Part shown: in pieces, positions 30,843-44,400 of the stretch | Numbering within the stretch: position 1 is the first letter of the stretch | Layout: each line of letters begins with the position of its first letter | From: Chrysemys picta bellii | Lineage: Eukaryota | Length of the DNA stretch: 64,000 nt | Assembly (NCBI RefSeq): GCF_011386835.1 | Contig: NC_088791.1 | Coordinates: forward strand, 352,222,001-352,286,000 | Reading direction: 5' to 3' | Program-made: the position numbers and the translations under genes | Notes under the pieces: generated by a model | Seen by the model: only the letters and a program-made list of their open reading frames with translations | What the model was told of the DNA's origin: nothing | Databases searched by the model: none

Positions 30843-31250
30843 ACCTTAGACTTAACTAAGGGGTACTGGCGAGTGCTGCTAGATGACCCAGACAAGGAAA
30901 GATCAGCCTTCATCACCCATGTAGCACTGTATGAATTGAATGTTCTCCCTTTTGGACTGCAAAATGCACCCGTTACTTTCCAGAGACTGTAGATAGCCTT
31001 CTGCCTGGGGAATTTGCAGTCGCCTACCTTGATGATGTGGCCATATTCTCAGATTCATGGGCAGAACACCTGGAACACCTCCAAGCTGTCTTCCAGGGCA
31101 TAAGAAAGGCAAGATTAACTGTTAAAGCCAAAAATGTTAAAAAGGCCTAAACAGGATAACGGACCTTTGACCCCAGGTGGGTCAAGGACCTATTAATCCC
31201 CTACAGGCTTAAGTAAATGCTATCCAAAATTGGCCTGTCCCTAAATCAAA
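30843..31250 (+). mobile_element. Gypsy RT remnant
   Basis: TLDLTKGYWRVLLD...SAF...LPFGLQNAPVTFQRL...AYLDDVAIFSDSWAEHLEHL. Confidence 0.9.
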
Positions 31251-31641
31251 GAAGCGGGTCTATCTCCGTTGCTGGATGCCCTATTGTATTCTGGGAACCC
31301 CCATGGGTGCCCAGATGTTGATTAAGGAAAACCCTTAACCCAATTTTTCACATTAATATCTCCCAAAATAAAAATCTGAGAAGCATATTGCTCTTTCATA
31401 AATGAATCCAACCACTATGATCAGAAGAAACTAATATTGTCTTATTCTTGATCCATTCTCGAAATGCGTGGAAACATTTCTCCTTAAGGCAAATGCTGCT
31501 TTAGCCCCAACAAAACACTTGGTGAAACAAGTCTTCTTTCATTGGAAACTCCCCGCTAGGGTAGATTCAGCTAGAGGAACACATTTTACTGGGCACGTGT
31601 TCCAAAAATGTTTACAGTTGTTGGAAGTGCAACCAAATTGA

Positions 31642-31735
31642 TTTAGTTGGGGATTGGTCCTGCTTTGAGCAGGGGCTTGGACTAGATGACCTCCTAAGGT
31701 CCCTTCCAGCCCTGATATTATATGATTCTATGATT
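31642..31735 (+). mobile_element. CR1 3'-terminal stub
   Basis: 'ggattggtcctgctttgagcagggg...gatgacctcc...atgattctatgatt'. Confidence 0.85.
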
Positions 31736-31920
31736 TCATATAGTCCTCAATCATCAAGAATACTAGAGAAAGCAAATTGCAACTTAATGCTGCGGAACCT
31801 GGCAGATGCCAATGGATGCAAGTGGAATACTCTAATTCCTCTCATTTTGATGACACTCAGGACAACTCCCATTGTCTCCACACATTGTACACTCTTTGAG
31901 GTGATGATTGGGTGAATCAT
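31736..31920 (+). mobile_element. Retroviral/Gypsy-type integrase core remnant
   Basis: SYSPQSSRILEKAN...W...IPLILMTLRTTP...TLFEVMIG resembles YHPQSSG.VER.N...LRTTP...SPFE..FG. Confidence 0.6.
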
Positions 31921-32691
31921 GTGAATGCCAGAGCATCTTTTATGGCATACCAGTAGCACACAGCTAGAGGAAATCAAACTGAAAACCATTACATTTCAGA
32001 AACATTTGAATCAGGTTCTCTTGCAGGAAGCTATAAAATTGGGAAAATCCAAACAGAAAGCAAAAGTTTATTTTGATAAAAGCCAAAGAGAGAATGCTTG
32101 AGAAATTGAAAATCAGGTGATTATATTCTGTATCAGAAGACAATTGATGTAACCAATAAACTGGGCCACATTATATTATGAATAGACTCGGTTACTTTGT
32201 ATACAGAATCAGAAACAAAAGGAAAAGTAGATAAATTCTGTCATGTTAACAGAATTAAAGTTGTACCGGAAAAGAAATATTTCTTCACAGGCAGAGGAAC
32301 CGGAGATGTTGACCACAAAAGAGGAAGTAAAAGATCACAGAAAGCCACCCCAGTAGCAGGATACTGGTAAAAGCCTTTGAGGACAGTATCGCAGGAGAAG
32401 AAAGCCTTTCCCAGGCCCTTTGGCCTGAATTAATTCAGGATCACATTCTTTGGCCTGCACACAGTGGCAGTGACTTTTTGGAGGTTAATGGACTGGATAT
32501 TACAACTGCATGGGTGGCATGCAGTGGTACGCTGGTCCTGTCTCTTATGGTAGCATTCCCACACAGAATGCAGATGGCAGCACATTAAACACAAAAAAGA
32601 AAGCCATCCTCAATTGCTAGACTGAACAGTCTGCAAGACTCAGTTTGCCCTGACAATATGAGCCGCTGTTATCAGCAAATCATTTCTTCAC

Positions 32692-32947
32692 TCCCAGGGG
32701 AGACTCTCAAGTCGAAGTTCTCCAGGGTCTATTTTCTGCTCTTCCAGCTGTTCACGGAGCCAAGAGAATTGTGTGGTATTCCTGGCCAATCTGAGCGTCT
32801 GCAGGGACTGTACAGGGGAATAATAAAGGTAACTGTCCAGCACGCCTTGTGTCAGACATGTGAGATTCATTTAGTGATTCTCAGGGCTTTGCCTTTCTGT
32901 CGCAGTAAGGAGATTTCCTCTCTCTGTTGACCAGGATTTTGGTGAGT
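32692..32947 (+). promoter_or_regulatory. Candidate promoter / non-coding first exon of OR-5
   Basis: TCCCAGGGGA at 32692-32701, GGCCAATCT at ~32785, AATAAA at 32822-32827, donor G|GTGAGT (GT at 32942). Confidence 0.48.
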
Positions 32948-33959
32948 TGTCCTTCTATCTGTCTCAGTAGCTTCCCTTTTGGGGGGGCTGTGTGGTTTAT
33001 CCTCTGGTTCATTCAACTTTTCCAATTCAGTAACTTCATTGCCCTGTTAGGTTGTACAGCCAAAGCCTCTGCAGTGGGTATCTGTGTTACCAGAGGGTTC
33101 ACAACAAGAATGGGTAGCACACTGGCCAGATTCTTCTCCCATTTTTTGCCTTGAGAGGGTCACTGAAAATTGACAGTGGCTTCCCTGAGAGGAAAATCAG
33201 GGCCCCAGTGTTTAGAAATTCCCATCTATTATGCCAGGTCTCAGAACACCACACGCACTGGCTGTTTCCTTCAGACTCTTTCAGCACCCTAACAGAATAG
33301 CGCTCTCTGTAGCAGGACCCGAAGCTGTGATTGAATCTGGTCCCCTGAGTTCAATGACAAAACTCCCAACATGGCCAGGAATTCATTCTAAATCCACATG
33401 TAGGGACTTAAATAAATGGCCTGATTTACACCAGCCATGAGCCTCCACTGACATCAACTGGAGTCATACTGTGGCCTCTCAGGGTGGGTAATGTCATTTG
33501 GACCAAGGAAGAACCGACAGGAGAGTTGCTGAAATCTCAAACTCACAGACTTAGAGGTTCAGAACAATTGGGATAAAAAAAAAGTCAGAGAGGGAGATGG
33601 GTCTGCTCTATCTGTGCCCCTGAATCTCTGGGTCTGGAGAGGAAAGCAAAATGAGTGTGTTTGGGTGCAATATTTTTTAGGAAGAGTTACTCACCCCGGT
33701 TCCTTTTAGTCTCCATGTCCTCTCTCCCTCCCGCCGGGTCTGTCCCTCTCTCCTTCTCTGCACAGGCTGCGCTGCTGCAGGGGATCCCTTTGCCCCCAGA
33801 AAGGCAGGTCAGACTGATCCTCCCCTTTTCCCCAGTGCAGGCAGACACTGAGTTTAACCTAGTCTGAGGAGATATTTCTGTGAGCTGTCGCTGTAGGGTC
33901 TGGTACCTGTTTTTGGTCCTGGGTGAGGGGTATCTCTGTGTGGCAGGGCTGGAAATTGT

Positions 33960-34290
33960 GTGGGTGGGGGGCCTACATGGACAAGTGGACAGCACGTGGG
34001 GTTGTGGGGCAGGGAGTGGGATGTACATGGGTAGGAGGGCAGCACTGCGGGTTATTGGGGCAGGGAGCAGGGTGTATACGGACAGACGGGTGGTGCTGAG
34101 GGTTGTGGGGACAGGCAGTTGGTGTACAGGGACAGTCCGGCAGTGCTGGGGGTTGTGGGGAGGAAGGGGGTATACATGGACAGGTGCGCAGTGCTGGTGG
34201 TTGTGGGTGCAGGCAGGGGTTGTACATGGACAAGCGGACAGGGCTGGGGGCTGTGGGGGGCATGGAAAAGCATGTACACGGACAGGCAGG
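33960..34290. repeat. ~50-bp minisatellite, G-rich on +
   Basis: Reverse complement of 22020-22310. Confidence 0.82.
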
Positions 34291-34689
34291 CAGCGCTGGG
34301 ACGTTTCCTGGCCCCAAAAGTATTTTTGAGGGTCTCAGGGTCTCTTTACCTGGAAGGCCACAGAACTGCAGCCTGGGTGTTTCCAATTGTTGTTGTTGAA
34401 TATTATTTACGTAACTTCAGGCATTTCACTGGTGGAAAGAACCATCGATCTTTGTGTGACACTGCACCCCATAGTCTTCATAGTGATGTTATTATGATAT
34501 GATTATGGCATAATTATGATACATTTTATGCAAGACAGGTCAAGTATCCTATTCGTAGGCATGTATCATTTTTGTATCTGAAGTTATGAATATTGACTAC
34601 ATATCTGTATTTCAAAGTAGTTACCGCTGGGTAACACCTCTAGGCAAAATGCTGCCAGGCTAGAGAGATAGTTTTAAGGGTCTATTCAT

Positions 34690-35175
34690 GGCACTGGGTG
34701 TTCTGGGGCAGGGAGTGTGATGTACACTGAGGGTTATCGAGGTTAGGAGAGGGGTGTACAAGGATAGGCAGGCAGTGCTGGGGATTGTGGGGCAGGCAGG
34801 GAATGTTCAGGGACAGGCAGGAAGCTCTGGAGGTTGTGGGGAAGCAGGGGGTGCACAAGTCAGGCGGGAAGTGCTGAGGGTTGTGGGAGCAGTGAGTGGA
34901 GTGTACCTGGACAGGTGGGCAATGCTGGCAGTTGTGCAGAAGACAGGGGAGTTTACAAGGAGAGGGGGCAGTGCTGGGGGTTTTGGGGGGTGGGATTGGG
35001 GTGTACACAGACAGGCGGGCAGCGCTGGTGGTTTCTAGGGGCTGGGAATGGAACGTAAAAGGACAGGTGGGCAGCGCTGAGGTTTGTGGGAGAGGCAAGG
35101 GGTGAACAGGGACAGGCAAACAGCGCTGGGTGTTGTGGGGGCATGGAGTGGCATGTACACAGAGTGGTGGGCAGC
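34690..35175. repeat. ~50-bp minisatellite, G-rich on +
   Basis: Collinear with 23730-24160. Confidence 0.82.
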
Positions 35176-37339
35176 TCTGTTGAAATTATTTTTTTCTTTG
35201 TGACTCTTGGTCCAACGCCAGCACTGGGACATTTCCTGGCCCCAAGTGTGTTTGGGGGGGGTTTCAGGGTCTCTTTGCCCTGTCAAGCCACAGAACTGCA
35301 GATTGGGTGTCACAAACTTTACACAGTTTTCTTTTCAACAGTTGTTGTTGTCGTTGTATGTTATTTACATAACTTAAGCCATTTCACCAGTGGAAAGAAC
35401 CATTGACCTTTGCTCCTCAGTTGCTTCAATCTCCCATCATACTCTGAACCCTGTCCGTACTCTACTTCTGCATCCAAGGCTGCCCAAATTCCAACAGCAC
35501 ACTGATCACCAGTGTCTTCTCCATGCTCCATAGTCATCCCTTGCTCCCACAACCTCCGAGCTGCCCCACGCTACCTACAGCTTTTCCTTTCTGGGGAGTG
35601 AGGTGCCTCCCATCATACCTGCTCCCTTGGCTGGGGGTCAATCATTGAATGTATCTCACTGGTTAGAAATCTCATTAGTGGCAAATGCCGAGGCAGGCAC
35701 CAGTGGGCTTCTCCTGTTACACCCATGCACACCATGGTGCTTCGAGGTTTGCTACACAGGAACAAATCACAAGCTGAGAAGTTTGCACATTATATAATGA
35801 GAGGGGTCAACTGTGGGACAGGTTATGGCCTCAATAAATAGAGAAGCCATGTGCAGGAGTCACTGGCCGCTGACTGTAACAGTGAGCCACTGCAACACAG
35901 ACATTAAACTCAGGATGCTCTGGGACCATTTGCTAGCCAGCTCTTAGTCATTCATGGCAAGTGTTATTATGCATTCATCCCTCAGTGCAGAGACTATATG
36001 GGTACAAGTCATTATTTTTCTCACCTTAAACATTCATCCATGCCGTGCATCATGGGATCCCTCAGCCTCGTGAAATAGACACCCAGTGTAGCATTTCCAA
36101 GGCACCACAGTCACAAGAGAATTTCGCCCCACCGGGCTAAATTCAGCAGGGTCATGAATAGAAAAAATGCCTTCAGTAACTTCAGGTATGATCTTGGATC
36201 CAAAATTCTACTAGCTGACTCCTGGGGACATGCTCATAGATTCAAAGGCCGGAAGGGATTATTGTGATCATCTAGTTTTTATAACACAGGCCTGAGAATT
36301 TCCCCAAAATTATTCCTAGAGCTGATCTTTTAGAGAAACATCCAACCTGTATTTAAACATTTTCAGTCATGAGGAATGCCTGAAGACCCCTGGTAAACTG
36401 TTCCAAAGGTTAATTACTCTCACCAGTTAAAAAATGTACACCTTATCGCCAGTCAGAATTTCTTTAAGTTCAACTTCCAACCATTGGATCATGTTATGCT
36501 GAAGAGAGTATTGTTACATATTGGTTCCCTGTTTAGGTACTTACAGACTTTTAAGAAGTTAATTCATAGACATCTTTGATAAAATAAATAGATTTAAATC
36601 TTTGAGTCTATCATAAGGCAGGTTTTCTAGTCATTTAATAATACTTGTGCCTCTTCTCTGAACACTCTTCAATGAATCTACATCCATCTTTGATGGTGGA
36701 CATCAAAACTGGACACAGGATTCCAGCAGCAGTCACACCAATGAAAAATACAGAGGTAAAATTACTTCTCCTTAAGATTTCCCTGGTTATCATCCAAGGA
36801 TCACATTGGTTCTTTTGGCTGCAGGGTCACACTGGGAGCTCATGTTAAATAATTACCCCTTCATGCCCCCAAATCTTGTTCAGAGTCATTGTGCTTCCCA
36901 CGAGTATCCCCCACCATATTAGCATCACCTACATTCTTTGTTCCTAGATGTAGATATCTACATAGCTATATGAGAACACATATTGTTTGCTTCAAACCAG
37001 TTTACTAACCAATAGAGATTGCTCTGAATCAGAGACCTGTCCTCTTCATTATTTAAAATCCCCGAATGTTTGTGTCATCTTCAAACTTCATCGATTTTCA
37101 GGCATCTGGAGGATAAGTGGCTGAGTTGCTGACACGAGTCTTTGTTACACTTGTCAGTTACCTCCACTAACTTATGTCTCAGACAAGAGACATATGAGTG
37201 CCTGCAAGAAATCGTCTCACTAAAAGAAACAAGGGAAGTAACAGAGGTGCAGGCCTGTAGCACTAAATACCAAGAGCCTTGTGCATTCCGTGCCCATTCT
37301 GTTGAGCCCAAAGTCATAGCCCAGCACAAAGTCATAGCC

Positions 37340-39195
37340 CAGAACCCGGGGAACTAGATTCACTTCAGTCCCCGGGAAAATCATGGAGCAGGTACTCAAG
37401 GAATCCATTTTGAAGCACTTGAAGGAGAGGAAGGTGATCAGGAACAGTCAACACGGATTCACCAAGGGCAAGTCACCAACCTGATTGCCTTCTATGATGA
37501 GATAGCGGGCTCTGTGGATATAGAGAAAGCGGTGGATGTGATATATCTTGACTTTAGCAAAGCTTTTGATACGGTCTCCCCAGTATACTTGCCAGCAAGT
37601 TAAAAAAGTATGGATTGGATGAATGGACTATAAGGTGTGTAGAAAACTGGCTAGATTGTCGGGCTCAATGGGTAGTGATCAATGGCTCGATGGCTAGTTG
37701 GCAGCCGGTATCAAGAAGAGTGCCCCGGGGGTCAGTCCTGGGGCTGGTTTTGTCAACATCTTTATGAATGATCTGGATGATGGGATGAATTGCACCCTCA
37801 GCAAGTTTGAAGATGACACTAAGATGGTGGGAGAGGTAGATACACTGGAGGGTAGAGATAGGGTCCAGAGCGATCTAGACAAATTGAAAGGTTTCAACCT
37901 TTCAACTTTAACCTGTCTGGTCATTCAGTGACAGACCTGCGGGTGGCTATATTACAACAGAAAAACTTCAAAAACAGACTCCAACGAGAAACTGCTGAGC
38001 TAGAATTGATATGCAAACTAGACACAATCAACTCCGGTTTGAATAAGGACTGGGAATGGCTGAGCCATTACAAACATTGAATCTATCTCCCCTTGTAAGT
38101 ATTCTCACACTTGTTATCTAACTGTCTGTCTGTACTGGGCTAGCTTGATTATCACTTCAAAAGTTTTTTTTCTCTTAATTAATTGGCCTCTCAGAGGTGG
38201 TAAGACAACTCCCACCTGTTTATGCTCTCTGTATGTGTGTATATATATCTCCTCAATATATGTTCCATTCTATATGCATCCGAAGAAGTGGGTTGTAGTC
38301 CACGAAAGCTTATGCTCTAATAAATTTGTTAGTCTCTAAGGTGCCACAAGTCCTCCTGTTCTTCTTTTTTCTCTAGACAAATTGGAGGATTGGGCCAACA
38401 AGGTCCTTGGAGATTCAAGAAGGATAAGTGCAGAGTTCTGCACTTAGGAAGGAAGAATTCCAAGTACCGTCACAGGCTGGGTACTGACTCGCTAAGCAGC
38501 AGTTCTCCAGGAAAGCACCTGGGGATTACTGTGGATTAGAAGCTGGATATGAGTCAGCAGTGTGCCTTAGTTGCCAAGACGACCAATGGCATATTGGGCT
38601 GTATTAGTAGAAGCATTGTCAGCAGAGTGCAGGAAGTGATTATTCCCATCTATTTGACACTGGTGATGTCACACCTGGAGTATTTTGTGTCCAGTTTTGG
38701 TCCCCCCCACTACAAAAGGAATGTGGACAAATTGGAGAGAGTCCAGCGAAGGGCAGCTAAAATGATTAGGGGGCAAAGGTACATGTCTTACGAGGAGAGG
38801 CTGAGGGAACTGGGGTTATTTAGTCTGCAGAAAAGAAGAGTAAGGAGGGATTTGATAGTAGCCTTTAACTACCTGAAGGGGGGTTCCAAAGAGGATGGAG
38901 GTCGGCTGTTCTCAGTGGTGGCAGGTGACATAACAAGGAGCAATGGTCTCAAGTTGCAGTGTGGGAGGTCCAGGTTGGATATTAGGAAACACTATTTCAC
39001 TAGGAGGTGGTGAAGCACTGGAATGGGTTACCTAGGGAGGCGGTGGAATCTCCATACTTAGAGGTTTTTAAGGCCCGGCTGGACAAAGCCTTGGCTGGGA
39101 TGATTTAGTAGGTGTTGGTCCTGCTTTGAGCAGGTCATTGGACTAGATGAACTACCAAGGTCTCTTCCAACCCTAATAGTCTTTTATTCTATGAT
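37340..39195 (+). mobile_element. 5'-truncated CR1 LINE (RT through 3' end), interrupted by Penelope
   Basis: [11 protein letters not shown]...LDFSKAFDTV...FMNDLDDG...KFEDDTKM...MSQQCALVAK...LERVQRRAAKMIRG; 3'UTR 'ggtcctgctttgagcagg'. Confidence 0.92.
37887..38371 (+). mobile_element. Penelope-like element 3' part (GIY-YIG end plus pseudo-LTR) nested in CR1
   Basis: GHSVTDLRVAILQQKNFKNRLQRETAELELICKLDTINSGLNKDWEWLSHYK*; TSD TCTAGACAAATTG at 37874-37886 and 38372-38384. Confidence 0.9.
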
Positions 39196-39690
39196 AAAGT
39201 CTCTTTCCATGGGGAAAACTTGGCTCCTTTCCAATATAGAAACTGCATCGCGGATCAGACCTATGGTCTATCTAGTCCAGTGTCCTTTCTATGACAGTGA
39301 CAGCCACAAGTGTTGCAGAAGAATGTATAAAAAACCAAGCAGTAGATGGATTGGGGAGGTGACTTGACCATCAGGAGGGTCTCACCCAAATGCCTAAAAG
39401 CTAGAGACTGGCTCGTGCCCTGAATCACATTGGCATATAGACTTTCCAAAATATTTATTTAGCCGTAACTATTGTAACTGGATCGTCTCACTGTCCATCT
39501 GAAAGTCCAAACCCTTCCTGATTCTTGCTTAGCTGATGGCCTCAACTACCTCTTGTGGCAACGAGTTCCTCAGCCTAATTAGGGATTGAGTGAAGAAAGC
39601 ATTCGTTTTTACCTGTTTTGAATTTGCCATGTTTCAGTTTAATCCAATGTCCTATTAATATTGTGTAATGAGATGGGAGATCACATTCTC

Positions 39691-39784
39691 TGTCTGGGGA
39701 TTGGTCCTGCTTTTAGCAGGAGGTTGGACTAGATGACCTCCTGTGATCCCTTCCAACCCTGGTATTCTATGATTCTATGATTCT
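39691..39784 (+). mobile_element. CR1 3'-terminal stub, present only in the OR-5 unit
   Basis: Ends in (attctatg)n; the paralogous site at ~27565 is empty. Confidence 0.85.
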
Positions 39785-40517
39785 ACTCTCTACCAATCAG
39801 TATTTTATAGAATTTTTTCATATCCCCTCTTCTTCATCTCCTTTGTAAGGTAATAATCCCAGTCTTTTCAATCTCTCTCCTTCTGAGTGTTTCCCCGGGC
39901 CCTTGATCATTCTTGTTCCCCTTGCCTGAAACCCTCTATTTCTGCAATATTCTATGTGAGAAGGGTGCTTGGTACTACACAGAGGAGTCCAGAGGAGGGT
40001 GAAACATTGACTGACTGATCTCATGACACTGTATTTTCTGTATGATTCCCCATCCCCCTCCTACTGGATCCCAATATTTTACTTAGTTTCTATCTGTGCT
40101 TGCACAGTGAGGAGGGTTTCACAGAGCTGTGTACCATGACACCCAGATCCCTGTCCTGAGGGCATACAGTTAAATTAGAACCTTGTAAGGTGTTTGAGGA
40201 ATTCAAGTTTTTCCCTCCAATGGGCATACACGAGGCAATTATTGGCATCAAAGTTCATCTGCCAACAAGCTGCACATTTACATGGCTTGGTTAGCTCCCT
40301 CTGAGAACTTCTCTGTACTTGACTATGACCTAAATAATCTGGTTCCATCTGCAAATGTTGTCACCTCACTGATCAACCCCATTTCTAGATTGGTAATAAC
40401 TATAAAAGATTTACCCTACTAATTATTGTATAAACTTTGTAATCCCTTTCACTGTGCTCCTCTCCCTTCTCAGGTACTTTGAGCATTTCTGAGCCTGATC
40501 GACACATTGATAACTTC

Positions 40518-41456
40518 ATGGCAGCTTTGAACCTCACCCACTCTGACCCGTCAATCTTCATCCTAATGGGTGTCCCCGGCATGGAAGATGCCCACATCTG
40601 GATTTCCATCCCTTTCTCTACCTCCTACATTATCAGCCTGTTGGGAAATTTCATAGTTCTGTTTGTTGTATGGAAAGAGGAGACCCTGCACAAGCCGATG
40701 TACCTGCTGATCTCCATGCTGGCGCTCACAGACATCACCAAGTCTAGCACAGTCGTGCCAAAGGCACTGTGTATATTTTGGTTCAATTTGAAAGGCATTA
40801 CTGTGCGTGGTTGCCTCACCCAGATTTTCTTCCTTCACTCAGTTTCTTTCGTGCAGTCTGCTGTTCTCATGATAATGGCCTTTGATCGCTATGTTGCCAT
40901 ATGTAATCCTCTGAGATACACCACCATCCTCACCAATGAACGAATAGCTATGCTAGGGCTTGCGGGTTTGGTAAGAGCTTTACTCTTCATGGTGCCCCTA
41001 CCCCTGACACTTAGCAGGCTGCCATTCTGTGACAACCACATTATTCCCCACACGCACTGCGAGCACATGCTTTTGGCAATGATATCGTGTGGGGATATCA
41101 CTTTCAACAGGATGTACAGCTTTGTGGTACCATATGTACTCATGGGGTCAGACCTGATGCTCATTGCTCTGTCCTATGGTCTCATCATAAGGGCTGTCCT
41201 CAGAATCTCCTCCAAGAGAGCCCACCAGAAAGCCCTCAACACCTGCACAGCCCACATCTGTGTGATGCTAATGTTTTATATTCCCGTCCTCTTCACCACC
41301 CTGACAATCCGGTTCAGTGGGGGCATCACTCCGCTTGTTCGCATCATCTTGAATGTCCTCTATTACCTCATTCCTCCTATGCTCAACCCCATCATTTACA
41401 GGGTCAAAACCCAAGAGCTGCGTGATAAAGTGGGCAAATACACTTGCAGAAGGTGA
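40518..41456 (+). CDS. Class I (OR52-like) olfactory receptor OR-5, intact, 312 aa from the ATG at 40518
   Basis: Same motifs; ~87% aa identity to OR-4 by manual count. The ORF-track start at 40479 is a TTG; the ATG at 40518 aligns with the other ORs. Confidence 0.96.
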   Translation: MAALNLTHSDPSIFILMGVPGMEDAHIWISIPFSTSYIISLLGNFIVLFVVWKEETLHKPMYLLISMLALTDITKSSTVVPKALCIFWFNLKGITVRGCLTQIFFLHSVSFVQSAVLMIMAFDRYVAICNPLRYTTILTNERIAMLGLAGLVRALLFMVPLPLTLSRLPFCDNHIIPHTHCEHMLLAMISCGDITFNRMYSFVVPYVLMGSDLMLIALSYGLIIRAVLRISSKRAHQKALNTCTAHICVMLMFYIPVLFTTLTIRFSGGITPLVRIILNVLYYLIPPMLNPIIYRVKTQELRDKVGKYTCRR

Positions 41457-44400
41457 TCATTGGAGGTCACTGACTTTCAGCCTGTGTGACAAGAGGGTGA
41501 AAGGATGCCTCCTCATTAATCCAGTGTGCTCTGTCGCAGTTTGGCTGAGCTCAGCACTTTGGAAGTTCACAGTCTGATAAATTCCTCTCATCTAATGTCT
41601 TATCACTCCATCACCAAGCACTGCACTCTCTGTTGCTAAATTACCACTCTTTGACCATCATCCATCCTCTTTCATTGTCACCCACCAGCCCTCAACCCCA
41701 CACACCATGTCAAAGGCCTTCCTGTAAATCCTAGACTACCAGAAGATACTGCAGATTTTTGACGCAAGGTCACTCTCTCTTAGTCCCTGTGTGAACAGGA
41801 TTCCTGATCAGTTTGATGAACAGAAGATATACTATCAGATAGTCAAACAGAAAAGAAAGAATCTACAATGCTGAATTTCTTTATTCAGTGAACAAATTTT
41901 TACATCCAATCCTTCAGGAAACCTGGAGGATAAACCATATAAAGACTAACACTAACAACTAATTCAACACAAAATGTGGATATTGACTACCATCATTGAA
42001 TGCAATTAGAAATAAATACTATAATAATGTTTTTGTTGTTTTTATACGACATATATTTTGAGCTGCTTTGGGGCTATTTTAACAACATCAGATGCCATAG
42101 TTTGTTTGAAACTCCTGCCAACCCTCAGTCAGGAAAGAAGTACCAGTACTGGGGGTTTGAATTTGAATTTTATTAGCCTTTGATAGCTTTGTTGCTAACG
42201 TGGACAAACTTCTGCTGGGACTTGTAGCTGTTTTTTTTTTAAATCAAATCTGTAATAGGTATCTAACAAAACCTTCGTTTCAAGAAATGGATTGGGCTAC
42301 ATTTAGGTTAGTTTTTCAGTGACTTTGGGCTATAATGCAGTGGAACTCTGGCAACCCCAGCCAGAACCAGAGGGGCCAGAGAATAAGCCCAGAAAGCAGA
42401 GCTGGGCTGAAGGCAGAGCAGTAGTGATGAGGCAGAGCTGGGGAGTTGCAGCTGGAGCGGATCAGTCGGGAGATGGGGCAGCACAAACCATCTGCCCCAA
42501 TGGGGAGCCAGGGTTGAACTACAGTGAGGAACTGCGGGGCCAGAGCTAGGATAGTAGATGCCGGCTGTGCACAAGTTATATGGCGGCCGAACGTGATGAG
42601 CAGCTGGGGAGAGCAAGGTGGGGCCATGGGCAGAGTTCCCAGAGCAGGGAGACATTACCATACAGGAGGCCCTTGAAGGCTGGACTCAGAGGGCAGGACG
42701 TGAAAACAATGGGAGGACAGATGCTGGGAAGAAGTGTTCTGCCACCAAGAGCCTGAGGATGTGTGGCCCCCACCAGACCAGGTTTCTGACCCCATGTATC
42801 AGCGCAGTGCAGCTAGGGCCTGGGAGGGAGGCCTGGGATGTGTGAGGAGCAGACTGTGAACTTTTCTTACATCCCAGAGACAGCTGTTTGTGGTGTCCCC
42901 AGGCCCACAGAGCGGGGTCTCCTTTTTCCCTTAAACTTTTCCATTTTTTCTTTATTTTTCTTACCCTTGCTGTTTGATGAATTGTATGTGGTTTGAACAT
43001 CATGCAGTGATCAGTGGATTAGGGAAGTGGCTGGTGCGAAGACAGCACCCAGACTGAGGCCACGCTAGCACCTGTCTTAAGTGATCACAATGGGACTGGG
43101 GGTCAAGCCAAACACCGGCCTTTGACGTGGGCGGTCCAAGTGATGGCCTAATGCTAGGTACTGTAGAGGGCATGGTTTGGTATCTCCCATGTGACCTGAA
43201 CTGCTGACCAAGAACCAGTTCGGCTTGTGGAGGCCGGCAACCCGCCAGATAGGCAAGAGATTTGCAGTGCTGGAAACAGTGGTCCCAACCTTCAGCTTGA
43301 CCAGGCAGGCACAAAGCCAGCAAAATCCTCCAGTTGGAGGCGGGGTGCTCAGGGCTCCCCACTCTCCAAGGACAGATGGCCCCCTGTGTTAGAAGCCATG
43401 CCATGGGGTTGGGCTGGAAGTGGCTCCCAATCTGATCTCTGGATGGCTGGCTGAGGTATGTGTGGGGGAAGAGTAGGAGGGGTATGTGTGCAAGCAGCTC
43501 TGTGTCCTGGCTGGGGGCTTGGAGCCTCCCTGCTGTCTAGGTGGTGAGGGGTGGGGTGGGCCTGCACTATCGTCCCCTAACAGCCCCACACTTGCCCAGG
43601 GAAGGGCTTGCTCTTTCCCTGCACTCCCAGCAGGTACGGGAGCACACACTTTGTTCTGCACAGTTAAGCACCACGCTAACCAGGGATGCTGCAGCCTGTT
43701 CCCATCCCTCCCGGCAGAGAGGTGACACATGGGGGTCATGCAAGGTCATATAACCCCCCCCCCAGTTTTCTTCCCCTCCTCCATCCCGCTCAGCACTTGC
43801 TGGAGCCAGGGATGTAGAGAGGTAAACAAACAGCACATGCACCAAATAGCTGGGAGCTGCAGGGCGGGGCGGTTGCTTTAGCTCCGCAGGGAGAGGTAGG
43901 GGAGGAACAGCTGCTTTCCCATAGGGGAAATGAGGGTAAGGAGGAGGCTTCCTGGAGAGTGGGGAATGATTTGAGCTGTTGGGGGACCTTCAAATTGTTC
44001 CCTCCCACTGTCAGCAGATAAGGGTCCTCTCTGCTCCCCGGCTTGGAAGTTTCACTCGCTTGGTCCCAGGGGCTGCCTCCCCAAATAAATGGAGATCAAT
44101 GGATATGGGATCAGCTCCCCCATGTGCCTCCCCCCGATTTGAACAGGTGTGGGAATGGGGGCCACAGTGGGTAGGGGAGTAGAAAGCTGACTCCTTGCCC
44201 CTGCACTGTGTTCTGTCCTAGGGATGTTCCCAACAATGATAGATTAACTATTAAGTAGGTGCTGCCTGCCTGCTGTGACGTCCCTGAAACTTGTCTCCTT
44301 TTCTTTCAATCCCTGATCACCTATCGCCATTCTCAGGCTTTCTTCTTGTAACTGTTTCTGTTTCCACCAGTTGTACTTCACAGAACACTGAAACTCCTGG

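Noticed and set aside
40479-40517. 13-aa N-terminal extension of OR-5 in the ORF track
   Set aside because: It starts at a TTG. The ATG at 40518 aligns with the other four receptors.
41400-41402. G295R in OR-5 (PIIYRVKT instead of PIIYGVKT) as a sign of pseudogenisation
   Set aside because: A single missense change with all other motifs intact; insufficient alone.
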